Shown: positions 13,107 through 26,131 of the stretch, piece after piece
Layout of the letters: each line of letters begins with the position of its first letter
How positions within the stretch are numbered: position 1 is the first letter of the stretch
Assembly: GCA_051362555.1 (NCBI GenBank)
Contig: CM120649.1
Location: forward strand, 16,320,567-16,384,566
DNA length: 64,000 nt
Source: Lingula anatina
Taxonomy: Eukaryota > Animalia > Brachiopoda
Reading direction: 5' to 3'
Notes under the pieces: model-generated
What the model saw: the letters and a program-made list of their open reading frames with translations, nothing else
Database searches by the model: none
What the model was told of the DNA's origin: nothing
Translations under genes and position numbers: made by a program

Positions 13107-15722
13107 GATGTGTAACACTTGGTTAGAAAAAAACTAGTGATATAGTGCATTACCTTTGGTTTTATACTTCAGAGTGTTGTCGTGGTTTTAGGCCCCCTCT
13201 CTGTTCTAAAGTGTGCAGGAAAATACCGATGAGAGTCCTTAGCAATGCCAGACATTATATGTAATGAATGCTGCAGGCGTTACGAGCACTAAATACAATT
13301 ACGCAAATGTATTAAGAAAAGCGATTAATGTATGAACGCATGCATGTCTCTGCTATTCGGTGATTTTTTAAATGATAATCCTGCGTGTTAAATACCATTA
13401 TCAAAACTGGAGTAATCACAGAGCGCGGACTTCCACCAAGAAATATTGCAAATAATAATAAAACAAAATATCAAAAAAGAATTCATTTCAAATCTATTGG
13501 AAGACCCGGCTTGTGTTCAAGTCTTTTCCTCCTGCGTTACTATTTATCCGGGAGGTTTTATTAAAATTTGTGAAAACCTTTGAGTTATTTAGTCAACCAA
13601 CAAGCAGTCAAACTTAGGCCGATTATCTGAAAGCAACAACCCACAGTAATGGATCCACTATCCGTTATCCACTATCCGTTATCCATTGTCCTCCGTGAAA
13701 TTGAAATTGGGGATGAATGAACAAGATATGTGGGGACGCTTATCAATCTGTGCTTTTTTTAATGCCTTAAATTCGGGACTTTTTTCAAATCAATAGAAAC
13801 TGCTTGCTAATATAACAAAACCCAATTACTGCAGTATCTATTTAAACCCTGCAATTTATGACCGGTATATGTAGCTCTTTAAAATCTTTTTAAAATTTTT
13901 AATTACTTTTTATGATAATGGCTATTGGTTAACTGAACAAAATAAAGAATATTCTCCACTTTTCATATAAAATACGACGAATCTCAGACACTGAATCTCA
14001 GAAGCTAGTTATATGCATGCACAGCCCGCATATAATCATGTGAATATTCCAATCATATTATTTTGCTTCGAGCAAGTACTAGTCGCAGAGCAACATTAAT
14101 CTTTCCGTGAATAGCAATAAATTTACTGTTGATGATCAGGGTTTTTTTTTTTTTTTTTTTTTTTGGGGGGGGGGGGGGTGCGTCACTAAAACAAGACCGA
14201 ATCCTACACAGAACGAACTTAAGATTTTATTAAAATGATCGAAGTTCATGATAATACAGTGTAATTTAACTTTATCATAAAAAAATATTCCTTTGGGTGA
14301 CAACCGTAGTTTTAACCATTAATCATGTTAGACACGGTATCTGTAATAAAAAGCAATATTTCTAACAATTTACAGCTGTGAGGTGATCATTTGTAAATAA
14401 AAGAACATGGAAATGGGGGTGGGGCAACCTTTTTGACCAATGTTGTATATGAAATCAAGATCGAGCTGGCAATACTGAAATCTAGAACCTAGGGTGTTAA
14501 AAGATGAACCAGTCTCTGAAATGAATTACCCCGCTGTGACTATAGCTACAAAGTGATTTCCAAGATAAATTATAAAAAAAAAAATTACCTTGTTCTAGTT
14601 TGCAGAACGTCATAAAGAGATTTATCTTAATTACAAAACTGATTCTTGGTCATATCAAAATACCCAGAGAAAAAGTCCGATCGTGTAGTCATATTGCATC
14701 AGAAGAAGAAACAATGACTTACAGAGATCCCCCCCTCCCCCCAGACAAGCTTAAAGTCAAAATAACCGTGTACCGAAAGGTTTAATGCTAAATAAAAATG
14801 TTTCAGTTGTCAATGTATGGCGGTGACAGAGTCTTTAAAGAACTCACAGTCTTCAAACGTAACCGTGGGAAAATGTCCATGTAAAAAAAAGGGCCGTAAA
14901 AAAAAAAAGTTACCATGCAGTGTACTTACGTGCGTCGTCTACCATTTTTTCCTTGCGGTGATACAGAGGACTGACGAGCAAAGGATGGATCTGCTAAACT
15001 AATTGTCCACATACAGTTAGACAAACGTATTATCCGCGTTTCATAATAATGGCTTATTTTAAGACTTCGTTGCACTACGCTTGCAACTTTTTGCAACCTT
15101 TTAGCAAACACAAAATCTGGCGGTCGCCTGCGATCACTTTGCAAGCTGAATAAGAAGCTTTGGCATACTTTGATCGGCAACCTGTCGCACACCGGTTGCA
15201 ACAAGGTTGCAGTATGGTATCTGCAATTTCTAAAGACCACCTTCAAGCTATAGTTACCAGTCGCTCTTCGTCTGCCGAGTGATCGATACACAACCTTTCA
15301 GAAACCACTTGATAATTGAAAACAGGACAGTAGCGATCGATTGTCGACTGGTAACCAGAAGGTCGCACAGATCATACATGTTGGAAAACTTATGACGGTG
15401 GCTGCTTTCACATCAGTTCTTCTCTCAGAATACAAAAAAAAGCCCTAGTCAAATGTCACCAGGACACATGAATACATGTACATATACAATTGTACATGAA
15501 CGTGGGTATATCATATATGAACCCTTTGGTTGATCGCCGAAATTATGCACTGGGCTTGTTTATTCCACTGAAAAAATTAATGTACGGAGGTTGTAGATTC
15601 GGTTGAGGTGTATTGCCCAATGCCTCTTAGTACCCAGTAGACTGTTTTTAGGGCTTTATTTTAGGGCTTTATTAGTTTCAACGACTAGACTATTTATTAT
15701 TGAATATTTATCTATTTTTCTT

Positions 15723-15773
<51 letters not shown>

Positions 15774-16679
15774 TATTCCCCGTTAATAGGACCCTGCAAA
15801 CCGGTAAGTACGTATACAAGTTTTTGTTAAGTCTGGTGAACAGTTTTTAAATCAAGATGGTGTTCGAAGGTGTACGTGACTTTAATGGCAAAATGTGTGT
15901 GTGAGTGTGTGTGTGTGCGTGTGATTAAAAAGCTGAGACTGGAACCTCTAAAAAGTGTAACAGGTACCCTAACCCTTCCTCCCGATATATCATAAGTGTT
16001 TCAATTTTCCCTGTGTAGACACTGTCTAGTTCATGTATCATATAGGCGGCACAAATAATGTGCTTGCAAGTGCCCCCGGTACCGTAGAAGGCATTCACCA
16101 ATAGTACCCCACCCCCTTCCCCGGATAAACCAGGGGGTCGTCACATTCCAGTAGCATAATTCAGACCGCATCAAGAATACGGACTATACCAGCTGTCAGT
16201 GGACTTAATGCAGTGGTAACCCGATTATCTTGTTGTGACGTCATTTGGTCCGCTCACACGATGCTGATGAGTGACTTAACGGTGTGCAGGCGGAGACAGG
16301 GAATTGCGAAGGGGAGGAGGGGTACAACATTTTTTTGCCTCACTTGCCAAATGTAAAATAGCAGACGAATACAAGTTTAGTGTTATATTTAAGAGGTATG
16401 GCACAGGAATGGGGGGTGTCGCACCATCTGCCACACGTTGCACTGCTGCTTTGGGAGAAGGAGATGGAGATAGGGGGGGGGGCTTGTTCAGTATTCCTCC
16501 GTAGCCAAAGGGAGCACGTGATACACTGTGCTTATCCCCGAGATCCATCGTTACACATGTAATACCATTAAGTAGAGCGATTATATAGTACAGTTAGGAG
16601 TATTAATGTACACATGTAACAGGTGCGTTGCGCATTTAATAGTCCCATCACCGGTCAAGTCAGCAGCAGAAGAAGCAGG

Positions 16680-18089
16680 ATGGTACGGGATATTCTTGCC
16701 GCCGCATTATTGGCGACGTTTGTGAGTGGAGGTAAGATAGAGAGACAAATTATTTAAAATAAACAATTCAAACAATAAGGCTTTTACTGGGAATTAGGCT
16801 ATACATACCTTTGAACAAAAACTTGTGAAATGTATGATATGTTTTTTTTTCTCTTGCAGGTTTGGCATGGTGCGCATTTAACAGCCCCAACAAGTACAAC
16901 TACAAAGTAGTGAAGTACATCGGAGCCAATGACACTTGGGTGCCCTTTGTAGTGCGGTCCTGTGGTGACGTCCATATCGCTTTGCATCCAACCAAGAACG
17001 TGTCCTCCAAGGTTCGAATATCACTTTACCATTTGTCTCGTTCCTGTGCACGAAAGCGTTACCTGGCCTTCGCGTAAAGCTTTGTCAGTCACAGAACGTG
17101 CTTCATCAAAACATTTCTGTCTTTCCATGGAGTGATAAATTCATTCATATGGTTCGAAAGACCGGGTGTATTGCATTAACTTGATTAAATTCAGTACAAG
17201 TGCATGTTCTGTTTTAATGAAATTGCATTAGGTATCACCCCATGACATTTTAAACAATCTGGGTATTTTGTCAGTGGCAATTGAGTGAAATGGACACGAT
17301 GCACAAACAAAATCCGTAACATATTCCTTTACTTCATCATATAATGTACAATTCATCGATCTAATCATGTTTGGGTGCTACTCTATGAGATAAAAATGCT
17401 GATTTGTACACTGTATATTTGTATAGCTGTGTGTCTGAATACGGCTATATATTATGTCCTTCAAAAATGTAAAATAAAAATTCTTCATGTTGTAGTTCCA
17501 AACCGAAGCCTACGAGATCGTCCTTGGGGGCTGGGGGGACCAGAAATCCTGCATTAGGAAAAAGCTCCAGGGAAGCTGCCTTGCCTCGGCAAAAACTCCT
17601 GGAATTGTCAGTCCAAGAAAGTTCAAGTATTTCTGGATTTCTTGGGAAGATGGACATATCAAGTAAGTGATAAGACAGTCAACACATTATCCACCTGAAA
17701 GTTATTGAAGCTTAGAAAATGGATTTACAGGTTGTACTTCTCTCTGAGGTTTAAGGCCGGATATGCAGTCGCGAGAAAGGGAAAATTGTTGAAGAGTCCA
17801 GGAAAATTATATATTTTAGAACTATAAAGGTCTAATGAGCATTTTATACCCCAAAGGAAAATCTGTAGAAAATGTCTCGCGCAGAGATGACAAATAATAA
17901 TTTTCATCTTCCAGGGTGGGCAGAGGAAATCAGCGTGACCAACACATGTTCATGGACTGGAAAGATAAAGAGCCATACGACCTGAAATCCCTGTCGGTCT
18001 CGTCTTGGCCTGTCGTACCGGGCGCCGCCTGGCGGTTTCCACAGTATGACAAGTGCTCGGAGTCCGCTCCATCGACGCTTCTCGGTTAA
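16680..18089 (+). CDS. Secreted single-domain farnesoic acid O-methyltransferase-like (Methyltransf_FA) protein, 4 exons, about 181 aa
   Basis: Exons 16680-16731 (signal peptide MVRDILAAALLATFVSGG), 16860-17011 (FNSPNKYNY..FVVRSCGDVHIAL), 17496-17662 (YEIVLGGWGDQKSCIR..TPGIVSPRKFKYFWISWEDGHIK) and 17915-18089 (VGRG..FMDWKDKEPY..WRF, TAA). Total 546 nt, in frame. YEIVxGGWGxxKSxIR and FWISW are hallmarks of the domain. Confidence 0.88.
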
Positions 18090-18943
18090 AGCTGACGGTG
18101 AACAGTGTTTTGTTTAAAACAGATTTTGAGGGAAAATACAGAGGCTAAATTGATTGTTTCCTTTTTTCATGTACTGGTATTTAATAATATGTGGTTAATT
18201 TCGTAAAAAAAGTGATTCATTCCCTGGATCGAGACAATTAGGCACACATTTCGTGTAATGTTTTCATAATTTTTATTTGTCCCATTACTTTTAAACCCCT
18301 GTCTTATACTATAGCACCCATCAATATGGGAGGAAAACAACATTAATCTATGATATAAGAAAGTTACGCAAGAGGGTCACTGTCTTCTAGAATAACCTAT
18401 CTCTACTTGAAAAATGACGATGTACCCTGGCTACGTATGCTAAAACATGATCAGATTATGCATTATGTACATGTACGTTTCCGACTTGTGCAAAATGTCA
18501 ACCTTCTCAGTAGCAGAGTGGGATCCTTAAATTATGTAACGCAGATCATGACGGATTGTGCGTACATTACATTATATCATTGCTCATCTTATTGATAAGA
18601 TACTAGAGGATTATATTACACATGTACTCAGTAGATACCGTACTATGTTCAGTTTCAGTCGGTCTCTGTAAGCGTGTTCAAGTACAAATCCATCCCAACA
18701 GCCTCTGCGTCACATTTCTGACGCAAAATATATCATTCAGAAAAGAATATAAAATTTTAGTTTACTTGAAAGATGACAGCTGTACGGGTAAAAGGTCATG
18801 TGCGTATTTTCATAAGCTGTAAATATAACAACTTAACATTGAGAGCGTGCCTACGCGAGTACGCATGACCATTTCTCCCTCCTCGCTTCTAAAACAGAGA
18901 TAGCCTATACTGTCTTTCGTTAAGGTCAGCTTGTCTTGTTTCT

Positions 18944-21900
18944 TCAGACCACGTAGTGACATCTAGAGTAAACCCATCTGCACTGGCGACTGCACAGTAC
19001 TAGCCCCGTCATGCTGTAAAAAGGAACGAGATTATTTGTTTCAACAAATCTAAAATTGCCATTTTGACAATATGGGTCAAATAACATATTTCGCTATAAA
19101 AACTAGAATTAAAATAAAATATGGTATAAAACATCTGCGGCATCTACAATATTGAAGCTAGCTGCAGACATCAGTTGTACCTCTTGTGTACTGAGGAACA
19201 CTGGATGTGCCTGAAGTGGATCCAGTCACACTGCTCGGCGTATTTGTTTATGAAACCGTCTCCGCAATAGGACAGCCGGCAGTCTGAAACACATTTTCCA
19301 TAGTTGAATACTCATCTCCACTTGTCAATTTCGTGGTAAAAACTAAGACTTTCATTACTTAAAAGTTGAAATCAGGAGCAAAAGACTGCGTTTTATTAAG
19401 TGTAAAATTGTTGGTAAAGTGTGTGTATCTTTGGATGATAAACTATGAGATAAAACGTTTATTTTCAAACGTCTTTTTAACTCTGAAACTGGCAAAAGAG
19501 AAAACCTGTTTCATACACACAGCAAATAAAATAGCGTACTATGAAGGTAAAAACAAGACAGAGGCCTTGTATATCTGTCAGTATCTTTGTCATGCTCACT
19601 TCACAACAGAATGCGCTTGTCCCGACATGCAATGCATGTTTTTAGTAGTTCACAGCCGCATTCCGTCGAGAATTTTGTCAAAAAAAAAAGTGTGCGTGTG
19701 TTTCTTGCCGTGTAATGAACATCCTGCCTACAAAAATTGTTTGATAAAATTAGAAAATTTTGTTCGATTAGGAAATTGCCATTCCAAATCATTCCAAATT
19801 GATGGATTGTGCAAAAAAAGATGTACATTGTGTCGGGCGGAGGCAGGCAGCGGTAAATCTGTATATTTGTGTGAAAACAGCAGTAATTCTGAAAAGGGAC
19901 CCGGGCTACAGTGTATGGACAGCACACTTACTGACACAAAAATCTCCCGTGTCCTCATTGCCGTCGTCACACTCCTCTCCCAGTTCTCGATCTAACACGC
20001 CGTCACCGCACCGACTAGCCTTCAATACAATAACAGTACAATATATCAATGCCCCCAGTACATTACAATAACAATATCATTAATGCAACATCCATACCCC
20101 CTACCATACAAAAGCAATGTAATGTCAGTATAATATAATAAAACAATTTCGACATCATTTCAGTGGTAACATGGAGAGAAAGGGGCAGAATAATCTTAAT
20201 TCTTAATGCAATTTCGGTTTTTACATGTACGGTATTAATCAAACGTTCCCTGTATACGTAAATAAAAAAGATCATTTCGTGTCACGTGTACCTTGATGGG
20301 TCTCCAAGCCACGTGATCTCTGTAATACAACAGTTTAGTGTCAACCCTATAAGCTAGTAGCCCCTCTAATGCAACGGCGTCCATAGCGCTGCGGTCCTCA
20401 AATAGGTAAATCTGTAAATAAATGGATAGTATCTTTACTTATGTTATTTAACTCTTCCAAGTATAAGCAATTGCAACCCACGGCATCGTCATAAAACTAC
20501 AGATATACATTCCCTTGCTTTCACTTGTTTTCATATTCCAGTACTAGCTCTTCGCACATGTCTCAAATAGTAAAATGATAAAATTGAGCTGTTTTGCATT
20601 ACAAAGTAGAGCTTTTCAAAGGCGAGGTCACATAGTTAAATGACTGTGTGAAGATCAATAAAGCAATGAGTATTCAAGTACTTTCCTACCCCGACCCCGT
20701 CCCTGCCTTTGGGTCCAGGCGGTCCCCGGGGTCCCATGACGCCCTTGGAACCCTTCGGACCTGCTCTCGAACAGGTCTCTGAAAAATGATAGCAAAAAGA
20801 AATAAATCATTCCCCGGGAACTTCAGAAAATTGATCTTAATCACCAATGTTTATAATTACCAAAAACATTGAACAAATTAAGGTCTGAGAATCCCGTTTA
20901 CAAGCTCTGACGTTCTTTTTTTTTATCGCTGTGAGTGAAATTCACCAGTCTCTGCTACATTGGAAGAGTGACTTATTTCCCCCCTCCTCCTCTCATCCCC
21001 CCCCCCCCCCCACCGGCCACTAAGTCCCCACCTTGGTCACACTGTCCTGGGGGGCCTGCGGGTCCCGGGGCTCCTGGCGGACCACGGAGAGCTGAATCAG
21101 CTTTCTGGCAGTCAGGATCCTGGAATATATACGATTAGACAATGATTAATATACGATTTTGACACTAAATTATAATGCCACAGGGTCGTAGGATTGAAAT
21201 AAAACGCAAGAATCTTTCATAGTTTTGGAATGAAATATGTTATCATACTTTGGCTGCATGGAATTTTGGTACATACAATTCATCAATGCACGTGAATGCT
21301 TTATTATCCCCATCGCACATACTAGTGCATTCATTCATTTTTTCTTTCAAATTTTAATTAAACATTTTAAAAGACCTATTGAGGTGTACATAATGACTTG
21401 CCACGAATCGTAAATACATTAAAATGAGAAAAAGGGGGCACCAATATTGGCTCAAGGTCTCGTTCCGTCATAATGTAAATATTATTGATTTCCAATATTC
21501 GGCAGTAAGAATTTACTTTTTTTTCATTGGCAGAATCAGCACCACGTGGTACCTGATACAAAGTGTACCTTACGTCCCAATGGGGTTCCGGTTGGGTATC
21601 TTTGTCCCCTTCTCCAAGTTGGCCCTCCAGTCTCTCCTTTCCAGTTCCCAGGACCTTTATTCCAAGAAAAAAGTGAAATTTAAAAAAGTGATTGAAACGA
21701 AGCACCTTACCTAAAGTTATATAAATGCTCCAGATCTTATCTGTACGTTTTGTTATTGTTTTTTTTTTCCTCTTTTGTTACCAAAGGGGTGAATCAAAAG
21801 AATAAATAATTGAGAAAAAACGAGCGAATAAATAATAAATAAATAAATTAGAAAGAAAGAAAGAAAAGCTACCTTTCATTGTTCCAGTGTTGTCATGTCT

Positions 21901-22159
21901 ACCCGGATTTCCTCCGGAAGGGAGACCATCGGGTGTTGGACCGTTCTGAGTCTTCACCTACCGACAACATTACTAGGTTGTATGATTAATTATTAACAAT
22001 TACTTAGAAATCAGTTTATACTGTAATTTGTTTTATTGTATGCAATGCTATTTTAAAGTTTTTACTATTTCCCCTCAATAATGGCTCATGCTTTAAACTG
22101 ACAACCAGTGACGTATATGAAGAAATGAAAAGTACAAACAGTTATGACAAAACATTCAT

Positions 22160-22202
<43 letters not shown>

Positions 22203-23843
22203 TTCAAAGCCAATGAACCGTGCTAGTGGTTTAAAAGAACACAGTGTATACCGTACACATTCAGTAATTGAATTAGCTAAAAATACACATCTACATGGAC
22301 TAAAAGGTCTACACAAGATATCTCCAACAATCCTGCCAAACACAAAGAGGAAAAAACCATCTGGTAGCCTTTGCCTCCGAGCCTCTTGGATCCCTCCAAT
22401 TTTCCGTTAATTAAATACTAAATGTCGGTGTCAAGCGATACCTCTGTGTGTTCAAGGGGCCACCGTCTTACGTATGTATGGAAATCGGGGTCAGGTCAAA
22501 GTGGTTGACATTTACAGCAATTTAGTAACATGTAACATTTTTACGCAAGACCTGAATTCTTCATCCTGGGGATACACCGTGCCTGCTCTCCAGGTTCTTG
22601 CTTCTTTAAAGGTGCAGCGAGAGGAGTCAAAGGAAGAGCGTACTGGTAATGTTCAGTTTTAGGGCTACAATGAAATGTGTCGAAACGCGCTGTTCGCGGT
22701 ACCACGCTATCTTTCCCGTTTTAAGACTAGTCTAATGTAAAGATTTAGGGCTCGCGTTGCGGGGGGTGGGGGGCTTTTAGCCGTTAAAGCTTTTCTCTGC
22801 ATTTTAATGTGACGTTCTAGCTATGTCATTTTTCAAGTTAGATCAACAAAGGGGTAAATCATTTTTCAGAAAAAACTTCAACCTTTAAAATTGCTGGCTA
22901 CTGAACCGATTTGTTGCAATGTCTGTATCAAACCTTCTCTTGGCAACAACTCTCCCATTATAAGAAGACAAGACTTACTTCTCTGCTGGTCCGTCGCAGC
23001 AGATAAAATATCACTTCTGTCAACATGTCGCCCACAGTGACACTTGGCGGATGAGGAGGACGCGCCGGCATTGGCGGGAATGGCACCACGTGATCATTTA
23101 CGTCACCAGAGGGCGGGACCGTCAAATCTGGGAGCCTGTAAATAGTAGCTGCAATAGAAACGTCAGGTGTAATCGCATAATTGCTTGCTCCAGCTAGTTG
23201 AAGTGCTAGTTGTAGTGTTAAGGTTACAAAACATGGTGAGTTCTGCCTGTGAAGAATAGGTCAAATACATCAGCGTTCCAAAAGAAATCATCTCGGCAAC
23301 TCCCTTTGAAGTCGATGCTGCATGTAGATGTAGAATATCGTTAATTAAGATTTTTCAACACGATCTTTTGAAAAGACCCATTGCGAGTCAAGAACGCTCT
23401 CACAACACTGGTAAAACCGCGTTAAAGACACATGGCGCGCGTTCGAACTTAATACAGTAAACAATTAAATTTGTACTTTTGTACTATCACCAATTCAAAA
23501 TTGCGAATAATAAGTTCCTATTTATTAAGCTATTCCCGTTATCCAAAATGGAAACCGGTGAAGGTTTTTCACCGGCCACGGTAAATACAAATATTTGGAC
23601 AAGAATTGCATCACGAGAGGGTTACATACATTTGAAAATTAACAAGGAATTTTAGAGCTACTTTCCCACCAGGCAGTACAAAGTCATACCGAGTCCCATA
23701 TAAAAAACAAAGGGTGACTTAAGGCAACTTAAGAACATATAGGCCTACTTACCATCTAAATATCTATACGTGATATACTGACACAGTGTGTACCTGCAGC
23801 TGAGTAAGAGGCCACACACGTGTATCCATTTGACGCCATGCAT
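18944..23843 (-). CDS. COLQ: COLQ-like protein (acetylcholinesterase collagenic tail homologue): signal peptide, Pro-rich segment, short collagen, trimerisation domain, Cys-rich C-terminus; about 10 exons, about 322 aa
   Basis: Exons 23843-23753 (MHGVKWIHVCGLLLSC..), 23127-22979 (VVPFPPMPARPPHPP), 21957-21873, 21654-21569, 21119-21032 (GPPGAPGPAGPPGQC), 20778-20690 (GPKGSKGVMGPRGPPGPKGRDG), 20411-20292 (IYLFEDRSAMDAVALEGLLAYRVDTKLLYYRDHVAWRPIK), 20019-19932 (CGDGVLDRELGEECDDGNEDTGDFCV), 19283-19181 (CRLSYCGDG..EQCD..C) and 19013-18944 (GLVLCSRQCRWVYSRCHYVV*). The six 3' exons are solid; the 5' exons are less certain. Confidence 0.8.
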
Positions 23844-26131
23844 TCTGTTCTTCTACCTGTATCTACAAGAAAATGAAATACTGTTTTATGATGGAAAACA
23901 CAATTCCCAAGGAGATTTCAGTTAATTGGACCACCCCTTCTTGTTATCTGTAATTGGAAAATATTAATATATAATTATATAGCTACATGCAAAAATACAA
24001 TCTTAATATTCCATCAGTCCACATGTATATAACGGCATCTGCTATTTGATCAACTATAAAGAATTTCAAGGAGATAAAATAAAGGCATTCAATGGCAATG
24101 ACTGTCAGCTGTCACTTACACTGGTCTCAGCAGTTGACCATTGGTCATCGGTTTTGATCAAATATCAGTTCAACAGTACTGGACAACACGTCTTTCTTAT
24201 CCTCATACAGCAAACACTGCTCCACTCTTCTTGTTGGAAACACCTGCCCTTTTGTACACACGTGGTTCCGGATGCACCCTGAGAAACGCATCTTATTTAT
24301 GCGCATCATTAATGGCTGACACGAGTCTATGACTTTGCCCTTATAGGCTACCTGTGAGAACCAGCTCTGCCTTTTCAAACGTCATTTATCGCCGATTGTT
24401 GTGAATAAATACCGAAAGCTGTGGAGCTGTTTCAGAGCATTGCTGTGCTAGATTAATTTCAATGTGTACGTACCACTGTTTTCTACTTTTTTCATTTTAA
24501 TTTAATTTTTATTTTATTTTTATTTCTTATAGACCCCTAACGTAATAGTGAAGGATGCGCGTAGTGCCTGGCCCGGATAACAAGCTAAATGTTATGTTTT
24601 TGGAGATTCCATTTTTATTCCCAATTAACCAATAATTCTGTGTTACAGGATCACTTCTAGACGGATTCTGTCAGTGCCCCCTGATTATTTTGGTAGTCAT
24701 TTTAGGTGATGTTTGAAAAGTTCACATGATATGAATCCCCAGGATTGGATTGCAGATATGACTTTAAACGATGATACCTAGAGGAGATCACATTCATAGG
24801 AAACAGACTCCTCAGCCTCCCCCCCCCCCCCCCCCCCCCAAGGAAGTGAGAAAATCGGTCTTTTAAACTTACATGTTAAACGAAAAAAAATAACTTAGGC
24901 CATCATAAGGACAGCCAGATTACTCAGTATACGCCAAGCCTTTCCCATATAGATTCGGGACGAAGCCCCCTCTCTTCCCCATGTTTCCCTGTTAGCTTGG
25001 GATACACGTAAATGTATGAAGGTTCATTTCTAAGCTACGCTACAGAGGGTACTTGGTGGAATATACCGTATGAACACATATATCTCATCTCTTACCTGTC
25101 AGGCTACAACTGTGTGCATCAACTGATAAAGGCCACATTTTAGGGTCAGGGTAATTTTCCCACGTATTTTCCTTTGAACTTCGACATTCACGTCGTACAA
25201 CTGTACATGTTACAAGATGGGAGAGCAAGCGTGACGCACGTTGTGTTAATTTGCTGCTTTTGCATCTGACAGGTAATGATGTGCATCCAGTGGCATCAGA
25301 AGAGGTCCCCATAAGTTTATTGGGGTAGGAGCCGCGGAGGGGGGTAGATGGGAGTGCCCCCCCCCCCCCACACACACACACACACAAACACAGATTTGTA
25401 ACCATGGCAATCTTGACAGGAATGGTTAGCCACGCCCATCCCACCCACCCCACACTACCCCACACTACCCCAATCCGCGCGACTTAATTTATTTTCAGGG
25501 TGCCTGAAGTTAGTATGCTGAGGATAATAAATGATGCTTAACAATAAAATGAGATAAAATAAAGACAAAAGAAGAGAAGAAAAAGAGAGCAAAACTAAAA
25601 TAAAAAAAAACAATAACAAACTACAGTACAGCCTAAAAGCTATTTTTGTTATTTTATAACGCCAACAACAATAGGAAAACATGCTTTTTATTCAAACTTT
25701 ACGATTTCATGAACATAGGAAAACAATCACGCAGTTTTATTCAATCTTTTTTACGTATAAAATATGCATCCTAATACTGTTTAAATATACAACTGGAAAC
25801 GGGTTTATGGCGTTTTAGTGTTCCTATAGTAATTTCAATTTTACCTAGTCGGATTGCATTATTGCTCAGACAGATTTTAATTTGACCTAGACAGAATGTC
25901 TGTGTAAATTGGCCAGGCCAAGTTGGACTTTTAATCCTACCTAGGCCAAAAAAATATTTGTCCACCATATTTCTGGTCACACAAAAAAGAGACGAAAATC
26001 GCTTCTCTGTGTAAGGGGGGGGGGGGGTAATCTGAATCATTTACTTGGAGTAATGTTATACGTCCATTATCAACACGGTCCAAGGGCAGTCAACATGTTT
26101 AAAGTGTGTTACACACGCCCTCCAATCACGT

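Noticed and set aside
14926-15400. 121-aa ORF in a GTTGCA/GGTCGC-rich segment
   Set aside because: It looks like the decayed subrepeat interior of a non-autonomous DNA element. No termini or protein motif could be defined.
19366-19995. 209-aa Cys-rich ORF on the + strand
   Set aside because: It has a TTG start and no domain pattern, and lies antisense over an intron and exon of the COLQ-like gene.
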